A stretch of 43,377 bases of DNA from Rhodospirillales bacterium (GCA_034003665.1 JAVEYE010000001.1:1-43377); one strand, 5' to 3'. Shown: positions 10,644 to 20,188, counted from the first letter of the stretch. Notes: generated by a model not told the origin, from the sequence alone. Numbers and translations are program-made.

Positions 10644-11303
10644 ATGCCGCCGCCCGCTTCGCCGAAGATCTACCATATCGTCCATGTCGATCGGCTGGCG
10701 TCGATCCTCGCCTCCGGCGGCTTGTTGTGCGATGCGGAGATCGTTCAGGCCAATGCGGCGGGCACCACCATCGGTATGAGCGGCATCAAGCAGCGACGGC
10801 TGAACGAGCTGCGGCTGACAAGCCATCCCAATCTTCATGTCGGGGCCTGCGTGCCGTTCTACTTCTGCCCACGCTCGGTCATGCTTTATCTGATCCATCA
10901 GGCCAACCACCTGGAGCTGAGCTATCGGGGCGGACAAGGCCCCATCGTCCACCTGGAGGCGGACCTGCGCCAGTCGGTGGCGTGGGCCGACGAGAACGGT
11001 TTGCGTTGGGCCTTCACGCTCTCCAACGCGGGAGCCTATTACTTCGAGGATCGATGCGATTTGGCGCAATTGCACGAGATCGACTGGGATGCGGTTCAGG
11101 CCAACCGGTGGGCCGGCAACGGTGTCTCTCGATCGGTCAAGGAGGGCAAGCAGGCCGAATTTCTGATCGAGGGCTTCTTTCCGTGGGGGCTGGTGGAACG
11201 GATCGGAGTCCATTCGCAAGTCGTTGCCCAGCAGGTCTATGCGGCCTTGAATGCCGCGCCACACAGACCACGTGTCGAAATCAGGCGGGAGTGGTACTAT
11301 TGA
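10644..11303 (+). CDS. darT: DarT DNA ADP-ribosyltransferase toxin (DUF4433)
   Basis: IYHIVHVDRLASIL, VPFYFCPRSVMLY, FTLSNA and catalytic KQAEFL. Confidence 0.92.
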   Translation: MPPPASPKIYHIVHVDRLASILASGGLLCDAEIVQANAAGTTIGMSGIKQRRLNELRLTSHPNLHVGACVPFYFCPRSVMLYLIHQANHLELSYRGGQGPIVHLEADLRQSVAWADENGLRWAFTLSNAGAYYFEDRCDLAQLHEIDWDAVQANRWAGNGVSRSVKEGKQAEFLIEGFFPWGLVERIGVHSQVVAQQVYAALNAAPHRPRVEIRREWYY

Positions 11304-11320
11304 TGCGGCGGGAGACGGAC

Positions 11321-12379
11321 ATGTTCGAATACAAAACCGGCGACATTCTGGCGGAAGACGCCGAGGCCATCGTCAATACCGTCAACTGCGTCGGCATCAT
11401 GGGGCGCGGCATTGCCCTGCAGTTCAAGAACGCCTTCCCCGCCAACTTCAAGGCCTATGCCGCCGCCTGCAAGCGCGAGGAGGTGCAACCCGGTCGCATG
11501 TTCGTCTTCGAGACTGGGCAACTGACCCATCCGCGCTTCATCATCAATTTCCCAACCAAGCGGCATTGGCGCGGCAAAAGCCGCATGGAAGACATCGAGT
11601 CGGGACTGCGGGCGCTGGCCGACGAAATCCGCGCCCGGCGCATCCGGTCCATCGCCATCCCGCCGTTGGGGAGCGGTCTCGGGGGGTTGGAGTGGTCCCA
11701 GGTCCGCCCCCGGATCGAGGCGGCCTTGCGGGACATCGGCGACGTTCGGATCATCGTCTTCGAACCGAAGGGCGCTCCCGATGCGAACAGCATGGTCCGC
11801 AACCGCGAGGTTCCCGACATGACGCCCGGAAGGGCGGCGCTGGTCGGCCTGATGCACCGCTACCTGGGCGGCTTACTGGATCCCTTCGTGACCCTGCTGG
11901 AAGTTCACAAGCTGATGTACTTCATGCAGGTGGCGGGCCAGCCATTGAAGCTGAAGTACACCAAGGCCCCCTACGGCCCCTATGCCGAGAATCTCCGCCA
12001 TGTCTTGCGGGCCGTGGAAGGCCATTTAATCTCGGGCTATGCTGATGGAGGCGACGCACCCGCCAAGCAGATCGAACTGGTGCCGGGGGCGGTGGACGAT
12101 GCAACCGCCTTCCTCAAACACGATACCGAAACCCAAGCGCGGTTTGATCGGGTGGCCGACCTCGTCGCCGGGTTTGAGACGCCGTTCGGCCTGGAGCTGT
12201 TGGCCACGGTCCATTGGGTCTCGGTGCATGAATCCGTCGAGGCCGTCGATGATGTCGTGCGGCACACCTATGCCTGGAACGAACGCAAGAAGCGCTTCTC
12301 TCCGCGCCAGATCGCGCTTGCCGTTGGCGTACTGTCCAAAAAAGGCTGGATTGACGCCCTTCCACCGGGCCGCGCATGA
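11321..12379 (+). CDS. darG: DarG macrodomain ADP-ribosyl glycohydrolase antitoxin
   Basis: GDIL...AIVNTVNCVGIMGRGIALQFK, INFPTKRHW, SIAIPPLGSGLGGL, plus the DarG C-terminal domain (KLMYF...YGPY, LELLATVHW). Confidence 0.92.
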   Translation: MFEYKTGDILAEDAEAIVNTVNCVGIMGRGIALQFKNAFPANFKAYAAACKREEVQPGRMFVFETGQLTHPRFIINFPTKRHWRGKSRMEDIESGLRALADEIRARRIRSIAIPPLGSGLGGLEWSQVRPRIEAALRDIGDVRIIVFEPKGAPDANSMVRNREVPDMTPGRAALVGLMHRYLGGLLDPFVTLLEVHKLMYFMQVAGQPLKLKYTKAPYGPYAENLRHVLRAVEGHLISGYADGGDAPAKQIELVPGAVDDATAFLKHDTETQARFDRVADLVAGFETPFGLELLATVHWVSVHESVEAVDDVVRHTYAWNERKKRFSPRQIALAVGVLSKKGWIDALPPGRA

Positions 12380-15315
12380 CGACGGACACCAGCGAAAAAG
12401 GCCTCGAAGCCCTGATCGTCCGCTCGCTGATCGACGAAACGGGGTACGTCGCCGGAGACTCGAATGACTTCGACCGGGACCATGCCGTCGACCTGGCGAA
12501 GCTGTTCGACTTCCTGAACGCCACGCAGCCGGAGGCCGTCGAAGCGCTTGGCATTGGCGAGGATGGGCCCAAGCGGCTGCAGTTCCTGCACCGGCTGCAG
12601 GGCGAGATCGCCAAGCGCGGCGTCATCGACGTGCTGCGCAATGGCGTGAAGCACGGCCCCGGCTCGGCGGAGCTGTTCTACGGCACACCCACGCCGGGCA
12701 ACGCCAAGGCCGAGGCGCTGTTCGCCGCCAACGTCTTCAGCGTCACCCGCCAACTGCACTATTCCAAGGACGCGACCAAGCTGTCGCTGGATGTGGGGCT
12801 GTTCATCAACGGTTTGCCCGTCGCCACTTTCGAGCTGAAGAACAGCCTGACCAAGCAGACGGTCGAGGACGCGATCGAGCAGTACAAGCGGGACCGTGAC
12901 CCCAAGGAACTGCTGTTCCAATTCGGCCGCTGCGTCGTCCATTTCGCCGTGGACGATCACGAGGTGCGGATGTGCACGCACCTGAAGGGCAAGGCGTCCT
13001 GGTTCCTGCCGTTCAACAAGGGCTGGAACGACGGCGCGGGCAATCCGCCGAACCCCCACGGGCTGAAGACAGATTATCTGTGGAAGGAGTACCTGACGAA
13101 GCGGAACCTCACCGACATCCTGGAAAACTACGCCCAGGTGGTCGAAGAGGTCGACGAGCGCGGCAAGAAGAAGCCGCCGAAGCAGGTCTTTCCACGCTTT
13201 CATCAGCTCGACGTGGTGCGCAAGCTGCTGGCAGCCGCCGAAGCCGAAGGGGCCGGAAAGCGCTACCTGATCCAGCACTCGGCCGGCTCGGGCAAGAGCA
13301 ACTCGATTGCCTGGCTCGCCCACCAGCTGATCGGCCTGGAGACCGGCGGCAAGACGACTTTCGACTCCGTCATCGTGGTCACCGACCGGCGGGTGCTCGA
13401 CAGGCAGATCCGCGACACGATCAAGCAGTTCGCGCAGGTGTCCTCCGTCGTGGGCCACGCCGAAAAATCGGGCGACCTGCGGGCCTTCCTGAAGGCCGGC
13501 AAGAAGATCATCATCACGACGGTGCAGAAATTCCCCTTCATCCTCGATGAGATCGGCGACGAGCACCGCGGGCGAACCTTCGCCATCATCATCGACGAGG
13601 CCCATTCCAGTCAGGGTGGCCGCACCGCAGCGAAGATGAACATCGCGCTCGCCGCCAACGGCGCCGAGGAGGAAGAAGAGACGGTAGAGGACGCCATCAA
13701 CCGCCTGATGGAAGCGCGAAAGGTGCTGCCGAACGCCAGCTACTTCGCGTTCACCGCGACGCCCAAGAACAAGACGCTGGAGGTGTTCGGCGCGCCGGTC
13801 CCGCAGGGGAACAAGGTCAGGCACGTGCCCTTCCACAGCTACACGATGAAGCAGGCGATCCAGGAGGGCTTCATCCTCGACGTGCTGAAGTACTACACGC
13901 CGATCGACAGCTACTACCGGCTGATGAAGACGGTCGAGGACGATCCCAAGTTCGACACCAAGCGGGCGCAGAAGAAGCTTCGCAAGTATGTGGAATCCCA
14001 TGATCATGCGATCCGCAAGAAGGCCGAGATCATGGTCGACCACTTCCACGACCAGGTCATGGCGCACCGCAAGATCGGCGGCGCGGCCCGCGCGATGGTC
14101 ATCACCAACGGGATTCAGCGGGCGATCCAGTACTTCCACGCCTTTCAGGCTTACCTGAAGGAGCGCAAGAGCCCGTATCAGGCCATCGTCGCCTTTTCCG
14201 GCGAGCATGAGCATGGCGGCCAGAAGGTTACCGAAGCGACCCTGAACGGCTTTCCCAGCAACAGGATCGAGAAGCTGATCCAGAAGGACCCGTATCGCTT
14301 CCTGATCGTCGCGGACAAGTTCCAGACCGGCTACGACGAGCCCCTGCTGCACACGATGTATGTGGACAAGACTCTGTCCGGGGTAAAGGCGGTGCAGACC
14401 CTGTCCCGCCTGAACCGGGCGCATCCGCAGAAGCACGATACCTTCGTGCTCGATTTCATGAACGATTTCGAAGTCATCAAGACATCGTTCGAGCCGTACT
14501 ACCGGACCACGATCCTCAGTGAAGAGACGGACCCCAACAAGCTGCACGACCTGAAGGCCTCGCTGGACGGCTACCAGGTCTATTCCTGGGCGCAGGTGGC
14601 GGACTTGGTGGCGCTCTACCTCGGCGGTGCGGACCGTGACAAGCTCGACCCGATCCTCGATGCCTGTGTCGCCGTCTATAAGGCGGACCTCCAGGAGGAT
14701 GGACAGGTCGACTTCAAGGGCAAGGCGAAAGCGTTCGCCCGGACTTACGGCTTCCTGGCCGCGATCCTTCCCTACAGCAATGCCGATTGGGAGAAGCTCT
14801 CGATCTTCCTGAACTTCCTGATCCCGAAGCTGCCTGCGCCCGAGGAACAGGACCTTTCAAAGGGGATCCTCGACGCCATCGACATGGACAGCTACCGTGT
14901 CGAGGCTCAGGCAGCCATGACCATCGTGCTGCCGGATGCCGACGCGGAAGTCGGACCGGTGCCCACCTCGGGCGGCGGGCGCAAGCCAGAGCCGGAACTC
15001 GACCTGCTGAGCAACATCCTCAAGACCTTCAACGAAATGTTCGGGAACATCGAGTGGAAGGACAAGGACAAGATCGGCAAGGTCATCGCCGAGGAACTGC
15101 CGGCAAAGGTGTCGGCTGACAAGGCCTACCAGAACGCCATGAAGAACTCGGACAAGCAGAACGCCCGCATCGAGCATGATAAAGCACTGGAGCGCGCCGT
15201 CATCGAGCTGCTGTCCGATCACACCGAGCTGTTCAAGCAGTTCAGCGATAATGCCTCGTTCAGGAAATGGCTGTCGGAGACGATTTTCGCCTCAACCTAC
15301 GCCGAGGCGTCGTGA
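12376..15315 (+). CDS. hsdR: Type I RM restriction subunit
   Basis: Nuclease motif D...ELK (DVGLFINGLPVATFELKN), HSAGSGKS, DEAH, AFTATP, TGYDEP and QTLSRLNR. Confidence 0.95.
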   Translation: MTTDTSEKGLEALIVRSLIDETGYVAGDSNDFDRDHAVDLAKLFDFLNATQPEAVEALGIGEDGPKRLQFLHRLQGEIAKRGVIDVLRNGVKHGPGSAELFYGTPTPGNAKAEALFAANVFSVTRQLHYSKDATKLSLDVGLFINGLPVATFELKNSLTKQTVEDAIEQYKRDRDPKELLFQFGRCVVHFAVDDHEVRMCTHLKGKASWFLPFNKGWNDGAGNPPNPHGLKTDYLWKEYLTKRNLTDILENYAQVVEEVDERGKKKPPKQVFPRFHQLDVVRKLLAAAEAEGAGKRYLIQHSAGSGKSNSIAWLAHQLIGLETGGKTTFDSVIVVTDRRVLDRQIRDTIKQFAQVSSVVGHAEKSGDLRAFLKAGKKIIITTVQKFPFILDEIGDEHRGRTFAIIIDEAHSSQGGRTAAKMNIALAANGAEEEEETVEDAINRLMEARKVLPNASYFAFTATPKNKTLEVFGAPVPQGNKVRHVPFHSYTMKQAIQEGFILDVLKYYTPIDSYYRLMKTVEDDPKFDTKRAQKKLRKYVESHDHAIRKKAEIMVDHFHDQVMAHRKIGGAARAMVITNGIQRAIQYFHAFQAYLKERKSPYQAIVAFSGEHEHGGQKVTEATLNGFPSNRIEKLIQKDPYRFLIVADKFQTGYDEPLLHTMYVDKTLSGVKAVQTLSRLNRAHPQKHDTFVLDFMNDFEVIKTSFEPYYRTTILSEETDPNKLHDLKASLDGYQVYSWAQVADLVALYLGGADRDKLDPILDACVAVYKADLQEDGQVDFKGKAKAFARTYGFLAAILPYSNADWEKLSIFLNFLIPKLPAPEEQDLSKGILDAIDMDSYRVEAQAAMTIVLPDADAEVGPVPTSGGGRKPEPELDLLSNILKTFNEMFGNIEWKDKDKIGKVIAEELPAKVSADKAYQNAMKNSDKQNARIEHDKALERAVIELLSDHTELFKQFSDNASFRKWLSETIFASTYAEAS

Positions 15316-15615
15316 TGGCGCAGCATCTGTCTGAAGGCAGTCTTCATCTTCGGGGGGGGGCTTCGACGAACGGGCGGCATTGGTCCGTTAGGTGGCATAT
15401 CTGCCTATGTTGGTCCGCGTCCGTTCACTTCTGTTCGTCACCAGCCAATAATTTTTGTTGGGTCAAATGATGGGTATAAAAAATATAGGCTTTGTACGCG
15501 GCCCTATTTAACGATAGTAAGCGGACACTCCCTCCGCCACTTCTACTTGTTGAACCGATCTCCGGCCATCCAACCATGGCCGGAAATCCCCAGGAACCGC
15601 GCGGTTTCGGGCCGG

Positions 15616-15760
15616 AAGCTGTTGACTGCGTGTTCCCCCGAATCGGCCAAATTCTCTCTCTCCATGCCCATTCTCTCCGGACCTGTTGACTTCGGGCATT
15701 CAGTACCCGTTTTTCAACCCATTGAAATCGTTCGATATTTTGCGTCCCAAGCTGTTGACT
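15616..15760. repeat. Three spaced copies of CTGTTGACT
   Basis: Copies at 15619, 15683 and 15752; the first and third extend to AAGCTGTTGACT. Confidence 0.5.
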
Positions 15761-16049
15761 TTTTGCAGAACAGTTGGAGAACGGAGGGAGTCCGGTATCG
15801 GAATTCGGTGCCGATTTTCAAGGTGTTGGCAGATTCTCCGGTACGTCGACCGTCAGTGAATGGTCGGCTTCCGGGCCGGAAGTAAGGCGAGCATCGGCGA
15901 AGAATCGGCAGCCACCATGCTGAACACCGCCACCGTTCAGGGCGAGCCCTCCGCGCGTCTTCACGTCAACCTGATCTGATCCAAGATCGGTCCTTCGGGA
16001 CCGGTCTCCATTCACCGGCCATCACCACAAGGAAGCGTTACCATGACGC

Positions 16050-18479
16050 TTACGCTTGGTCCGGCGTGTCGTTGCTGCCCATGTTGACTGCCGTCAATGC
16101 GGCCATGAACTCACGCGGATAGTTGGCCTTCAGATATGCCGTCTGGTAGGCGACGAGGGCGTAGGCTGCGACGTGCGACTTGTTAGAGCTGTATCCCGCA
16201 AATCTGGCGACCTGATCGAAAATCTCGGAGGCCTTCTCCTTCGCGACGCCACGCGCCGTCGCCCCATCAACGAAGGTTTGGCGCTGCTTGTCCATCTCCT
16301 CCTTAAAATTCATGGCAATGGCGCGGCGCAACAGGTCGGCACCGCCCAGGGAATAGCCGGCCAGTTCCTGTGCGATCTGCATTACCTGTTCCTGGTAGAT
16401 GATGATGCCGAAGGTCTCCTTCAGGATCCGTTCCAACGTCGGGTACAGGTAGTCGGGCTGCTCGCGGCCGTGCTTGCGGGCGATGTAGCTGGGGATGTTG
16501 TCCGCCGGGCCTGGACGGTAAAGCGCGACGATCGCGATAATGTCCTCGAAGGTATCCGGCGTCAGGACTTTGAAAACGTCACACATGTCCGCATATTCCC
16601 ACGGGGACGCATACCCATATACCCCCAGGAACACGCACGATGTCAGTCCGTGCGAGAGCATCCTGAAGGTCTTTGCATCGTCGAGCGGTATGGCGGAGAG
16701 ATCAATATCGATCCCTTGCCGCGCAATGAACTTGCATGCCTTGGCGAGCACCGTCAGTGCCATGAATCCGAAAAAGTCAAACCTTACTACCCCAGCCGAT
16801 TCCACCCACTTCCTGTCGAAACCCGTAGCCGGCATGTCTGATTTTGGAACGCGGTAAAGCGGGATCAGTTCCTGCAACGGCCGGTCGCCGATGACGACGC
16901 CCGTCGGTTCGGTGAAGACATGGCGGTAGAGCCCTTCAAGGGGCTGGGCCCGACTGACCAGTTCAGCCACCGTCGGATCCTCATCGATCATTTGCTGCAA
17001 TAGTGGTTCGGTGGCGATGGCCTTGGGCAACGTCATCGGGTCGCCCTGATCTTTCCGCGCCAGCTTGCAGATGCGGTAGATCTGCCGATCAGGCATCTGC
17101 AGCACGCGCCCGACATCACGCATTACCGAGCGGGTCTGAAATTTTTCAAACGTGGTGATCCGAGCCACCCTGTCCCGGCCATGCTTTTCCTGAATGTGAA
17201 GAACCACTTGGTCGAGCTTATCCTGGCAGAAGTCGATGCCGAAGTAGGGCTTTGACACGCGCTCGGGGTTCAGGAAACGCTCGAACAGCAGCCCAAAGCG
17301 GAGGGGATCCAGGTCCGTGATCGTCAGCGCCCATGCCACGACCGAGCCGACAACCATTCCGCGTCCCGGCCCCACTGGCACGTCGTTGGCCTTGGCCCAC
17401 TGGACGACTTCCGCAACGACCAGAAAATACCCCGCGAACCCCGTCTGAATGATGACGCCGAGTTCATATTCCAGCCGCTCGCGATACGGTTTCGCCTTTT
17501 TCTCGCGCTCTTTATCGGTCATGTCCTTGGTGAAGATATGCTTCTCCAGGCGCATTTTCAGGCCATCGGTGGCCATCGCGCGCAGTCCGCTCTCCTTGCT
17601 CTGCCCCTCGCCATAGTCCCAGCACGGCATGATCGGTTCGATTCTCTCGACCATGAAGGCACAGCGGCGCGCGACGACAGCTGTGTTGTCCACGGCCTCG
17701 GGCAAATCGGCGAACAGGCGCCGCATTTCCTCGGCGCTTTTCAGATAGTGTTCGGGCGTAAGTCGGCGGCGGTCGGTTTCCTTGATATGCTTGCCCTCGG
17801 AGATGCACAGCAGGGTATCGTGGGCTTCATACATATCCTGCGTCGCGAAGAAGGCGTCGTTGGTCGCTACCAATGGCAGACCGAGCGCCTTAGCGAGTTC
17901 AAGAAAAGCCGGTTCCGTGGCGGCCTCGTTGTCGGCGCCGTGGCGCTGGATTTCGACGTAGAACCGGTCGCCGAAGGCTTGGGCCAGCCTTCGCGTCAAC
18001 GTCTCGGCCGCCTCGTGTCGCCCCGCCAACAACAGGTTTCCGATCGGCCCACCGGATCCGCCCGACAACAGGATCAGGTCGTCCGCGCAGGCCTCCAGCA
18101 CCGACAACGAAACGTGTGGCTCCTCGGCCTGTTCGATGTCGAGATGGACGGATTTCAGCAGCCGCATCAGGTTGCCATAACCGTTGCGGTTCATGGCCAA
18201 CGCGACTACCGACGGGAGCGCCTCCTGGCGCACGCCATTGATGGGAACGTCGGTTTCGACCGCGACCGAAATCTGGCAGCCAATGATCGGCTGGATGCCT
18301 GCGTCGGCACAGGCCAAGGAGAACTCCATGGCGCCGAACAGGTTGTTGGTGTCGGTCATGGCAACGGCGAGCATGCCCATGCTGCGCGTCAGTTCGACCA
18401 GTTGCTGAATTCGGATCGCACCTTCTGAGAGCGAATAGGCGGAGTGCAGGCGCAGATGGACGAAATTGGGGGGCGACAT
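16050..18479 (-). CDS. dnaE: DNA polymerase III alpha (DnaE) paralogue, C-terminally truncated, catalytic motifs substituted
   Basis: PHP domain start FVHLRLHSAYS, then LLFERFLNPERVS, YQEQVMQIA and NKSH...AYQTAYLKANYP. Canonical PDFDxDF reads PYFGIDF and GRGSGAGS reads GRGMVVGS. The protein ends at about 809 aa, before the HhH, clamp-binding and OB regions. Confidence 0.85.
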   Translation of the reverse strand: MSPPNFVHLRLHSAYSLSEGAIRIQQLVELTRSMGMLAVAMTDTNNLFGAMEFSLACADAGIQPIIGCQISVAVETDVPINGVRQEALPSVVALAMNRNGYGNLMRLLKSVHLDIEQAEEPHVSLSVLEACADDLILLSGGSGGPIGNLLLAGRHEAAETLTRRLAQAFGDRFYVEIQRHGADNEAATEPAFLELAKALGLPLVATNDAFFATQDMYEAHDTLLCISEGKHIKETDRRRLTPEHYLKSAEEMRRLFADLPEAVDNTAVVARRCAFMVERIEPIMPCWDYGEGQSKESGLRAMATDGLKMRLEKHIFTKDMTDKEREKKAKPYRERLEYELGVIIQTGFAGYFLVVAEVVQWAKANDVPVGPGRGMVVGSVVAWALTITDLDPLRFGLLFERFLNPERVSKPYFGIDFCQDKLDQVVLHIQEKHGRDRVARITTFEKFQTRSVMRDVGRVLQMPDRQIYRICKLARKDQGDPMTLPKAIATEPLLQQMIDEDPTVAELVSRAQPLEGLYRHVFTEPTGVVIGDRPLQELIPLYRVPKSDMPATGFDRKWVESAGVVRFDFFGFMALTVLAKACKFIARQGIDIDLSAIPLDDAKTFRMLSHGLTSCVFLGVYGYASPWEYADMCDVFKVLTPDTFEDIIAIVALYRPGPADNIPSYIARKHGREQPDYLYPTLERILKETFGIIIYQEQVMQIAQELAGYSLGGADLLRRAIAMNFKEEMDKQRQTFVDGATARGVAKEKASEIFDQVARFAGYSSNKSHVAAYALVAYQTAYLKANYPREFMAALTAVNMGSNDTPDQA

Positions 18480-18651
18480 GGCTGAGTTTCCCAAAAATTG
18501 GTTCCACCCAATCCAGCTTTGAGGTTGGACGGGCATTCGCACCTGTCGGCGAGGGGGATGAGGAGCCTCTCGGTTCGAGGCTGCCAAGGTGAAATCGGGT
18601 GAAGCGGTCCGCGCTTATATTCGTGGCGAGGATGGTGCGACTGGCACGCGG

Positions 18652-19239
18652 CTACTCCGCCCTCTCGTACAAGGCGTACATCAATTGATGATAGGCACTC
18701 GCTGTCTTCAGGGCGGCAAGCCCTTGTTCCGACCCGATTTCCGAATCCAGGCCGTCAAGGATCCTCAGATCGAAATCAACCTCGTTATTGAAAAGGTTGG
18801 TCAGCGCGTCCTTCAGGCCCATCGCGGCATGGTAGGATTTCCCATCGGACCAGTCATACCTGACCTCGACGCGGGCCAATTGAAACGATCCGTCCTTGTT
18901 GATCGTCCACTGAAACAGGGCTTTCGCGCCTGAAAATTTGGAAAGGTGGTCTGCGCCGCTGATGTTGCCAACAACCTTCGATGCCAGGATTTTCATCGTG
19001 AAGGGTTTGGCGTCCTTTATGGAACAGACGGATTCGACAACTCTCTGGCCGCGTGCCGTTTCGAACTGACGCCATTCCGTGGCGGCGCAATTGGCCCATC
19101 CGCCAAACGCCTCGCCAACCGTCAGGCTTTGGTTGAACTTGAGAACGCCGCTTTTCACCAGGTCCACGTTGCCCGCGTGGCCCGGAGCGGGGAACAACAC
19201 GAAGCCGACCATAAGACTGAGGGCAGCAAATATTTTCAT
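18652..19239 (-). CDS. Hypothetical secreted protein
   Basis: Signal peptide MKIFAALSLMVGFVLFPAPGHA; GGAG upstream of ATG 19239. Confidence 0.65.
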   Translation of the reverse strand: MKIFAALSLMVGFVLFPAPGHAGNVDLVKSGVLKFNQSLTVGEAFGGWANCAATEWRQFETARGQRVVESVCSIKDAKPFTMKILASKVVGNISGADHLSKFSGAKALFQWTINKDGSFQLARVEVRYDWSDGKSYHAAMGLKDALTNLFNNEVDFDLRILDGLDSEIGSEQGLAALKTASAYHQLMYALYERAE

Positions 19240-19346
19240 CAGGAATTCTCCGCGAATAAGATCAACACGCGAAATGTCGGCAAAACCATTCAACGGAACG
19301 TCCGCCATCGCCCGATGGCTCAACGAACGGTCCCGGAAGTTTCTCG

Positions 19347-19395
19347 AACATTTGAAAAATGTTGATACCCCAATGGTACGTCAGAAATGGACGCA
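19347..19395. promoter_or_regulatory. Two inverted repeats in the divergent intergenic region (candidate WYL operator)
   Basis: AACATTT-GAA-AAATGTT at 19347-19363 and TACGTC-N7-GACGCA at 19377-19395. Confidence 0.45.
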
Positions 19396-19489
19396 TCCAT
19401 GCGGGCCGGGAAATTTTGGACTCGCCAAATGTTTTCCGTCGGCTAGGATCCGGGATGTGAACGCTGAAACATAATGGGGGGCCGCGATC

Positions 19490-20188
19490 ATGCACGCAAA
19501 ACTCGAAGGCGTCCAAGCCGAGATATATGATTTCCTGGAAAGTGCGAATGCCCAGTTGCCTGGGAAAGACGCCCTGTACTACGGCGGACAATTTTTGACA
19601 GGCTGCCTGGATCGGCCCGATTTCCTGTTCGCGGGAATCAACCCTGGGTTCGGTGCGGATGATTGGATCGGCCGACCCAAAACGTTCCAGCGCAGGCCGT
19701 TCGAGGCGGCCCCCTGTAAGTTCATTTCCGAGCAAGAAGAGGGCGCGCCTTTGGCGAGCGATATCGTCGGCGTCCTGTTGAACGACGATGCCAGCCGCCT
19801 GGCGCGATGCGCGGAAACAAGCCTCGTGTCGGTTTTCGCGACCCCCGGCGTTCCAGATCTTAATCGGCAGCTTGCCGCAACCGGCCTGCAACAGCGCCAT
19901 GGGCAGTTGATGAAACACGCCGTCGAAGCAATTTTGGAAGCGCTTCGCCCCAAGCAGGTCGTTTGCATCGGCATGACGGCACACAAGGCGTTTACGGGCA
20001 CGTTCGGAATTTCACAGAATCAAATCGCCATGAAAAGCGTCAAATCGGCATCCGGTTTATCGGATCCGGTCTATTACAAATGCAGCGAGTTTAATGGCAT
20101 TCCGGTGCACGGCGTTCTGATCCACCGCACCGCCCATCCGTCAAGAGTCATGCTGGACGAACTTCGTCAGATTTTCAAAGAGTTGTGA
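19490..20188 (+). CDS. Uracil-DNA glycosylase-like superfamily protein
   Basis: Motif A-like FLFAGINPG, LRPKQVVCIG and a C-terminal HPS motif. Confidence 0.65.
   Translation: MHAKLEGVQAEIYDFLESANAQLPGKDALYYGGQFLTGCLDRPDFLFAGINPGFGADDWIGRPKTFQRRPFEAAPCKFISEQEEGAPLASDIVGVLLNDDASRLARCAETSLVSVFATPGVPDLNRQLAATGLQQRHGQLMKHAVEAILEALRPKQVVCIGMTAHKAFTGTFGISQNQIAMKSVKSASGLSDPVYYKCSEFNGIPVHGVLIHRTAHPSRVMLDELRQIFKEL

Larger units (their letters stand above)
3489..15315 (+). other. Compound defence operon: type I RM with embedded GmrSD-like, PRTase-like, NADAR and DarTG genes
   Basis: Seven co-oriented genes with gaps of 40 nt or less, or overlaps. Confidence 0.85.

Noticed and set aside
10493-11320. 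628-aa ORF suggesting a long N-terminal extension of DarG overlapping darT
   Set aside because: The extension is an Arg/Gly-rich off-frame read of darT; the macrodomain begins at ATG 11321 behind a GGAG RBS.
12268-14547. Long antisense ORFs (also 4350-5510, 30565-32439, 33595-35706, 41167-42942)
   Set aside because: Shadow frames opposite well-supported high-GC genes, with no recognisable motifs.
15352-15360. G9 tract as a phase-variation switch
   Set aside because: It lies downstream of the hsdR stop in a short ORF with no support as a real gene.
15540-15815. CRISPR array
   Set aside because: The repeated unit is only 9-12 nt with unrelated flanks; kept only as a low-level repeat finding.
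16050-18479. Functional DnaE2/ImuC mutasome or split-intein DnaE
   Set aside because: No imuA/imuB nearby, catalytic aspartates are absent, and no intein N-terminal motif or partner C-terminal gene is visible in the window.
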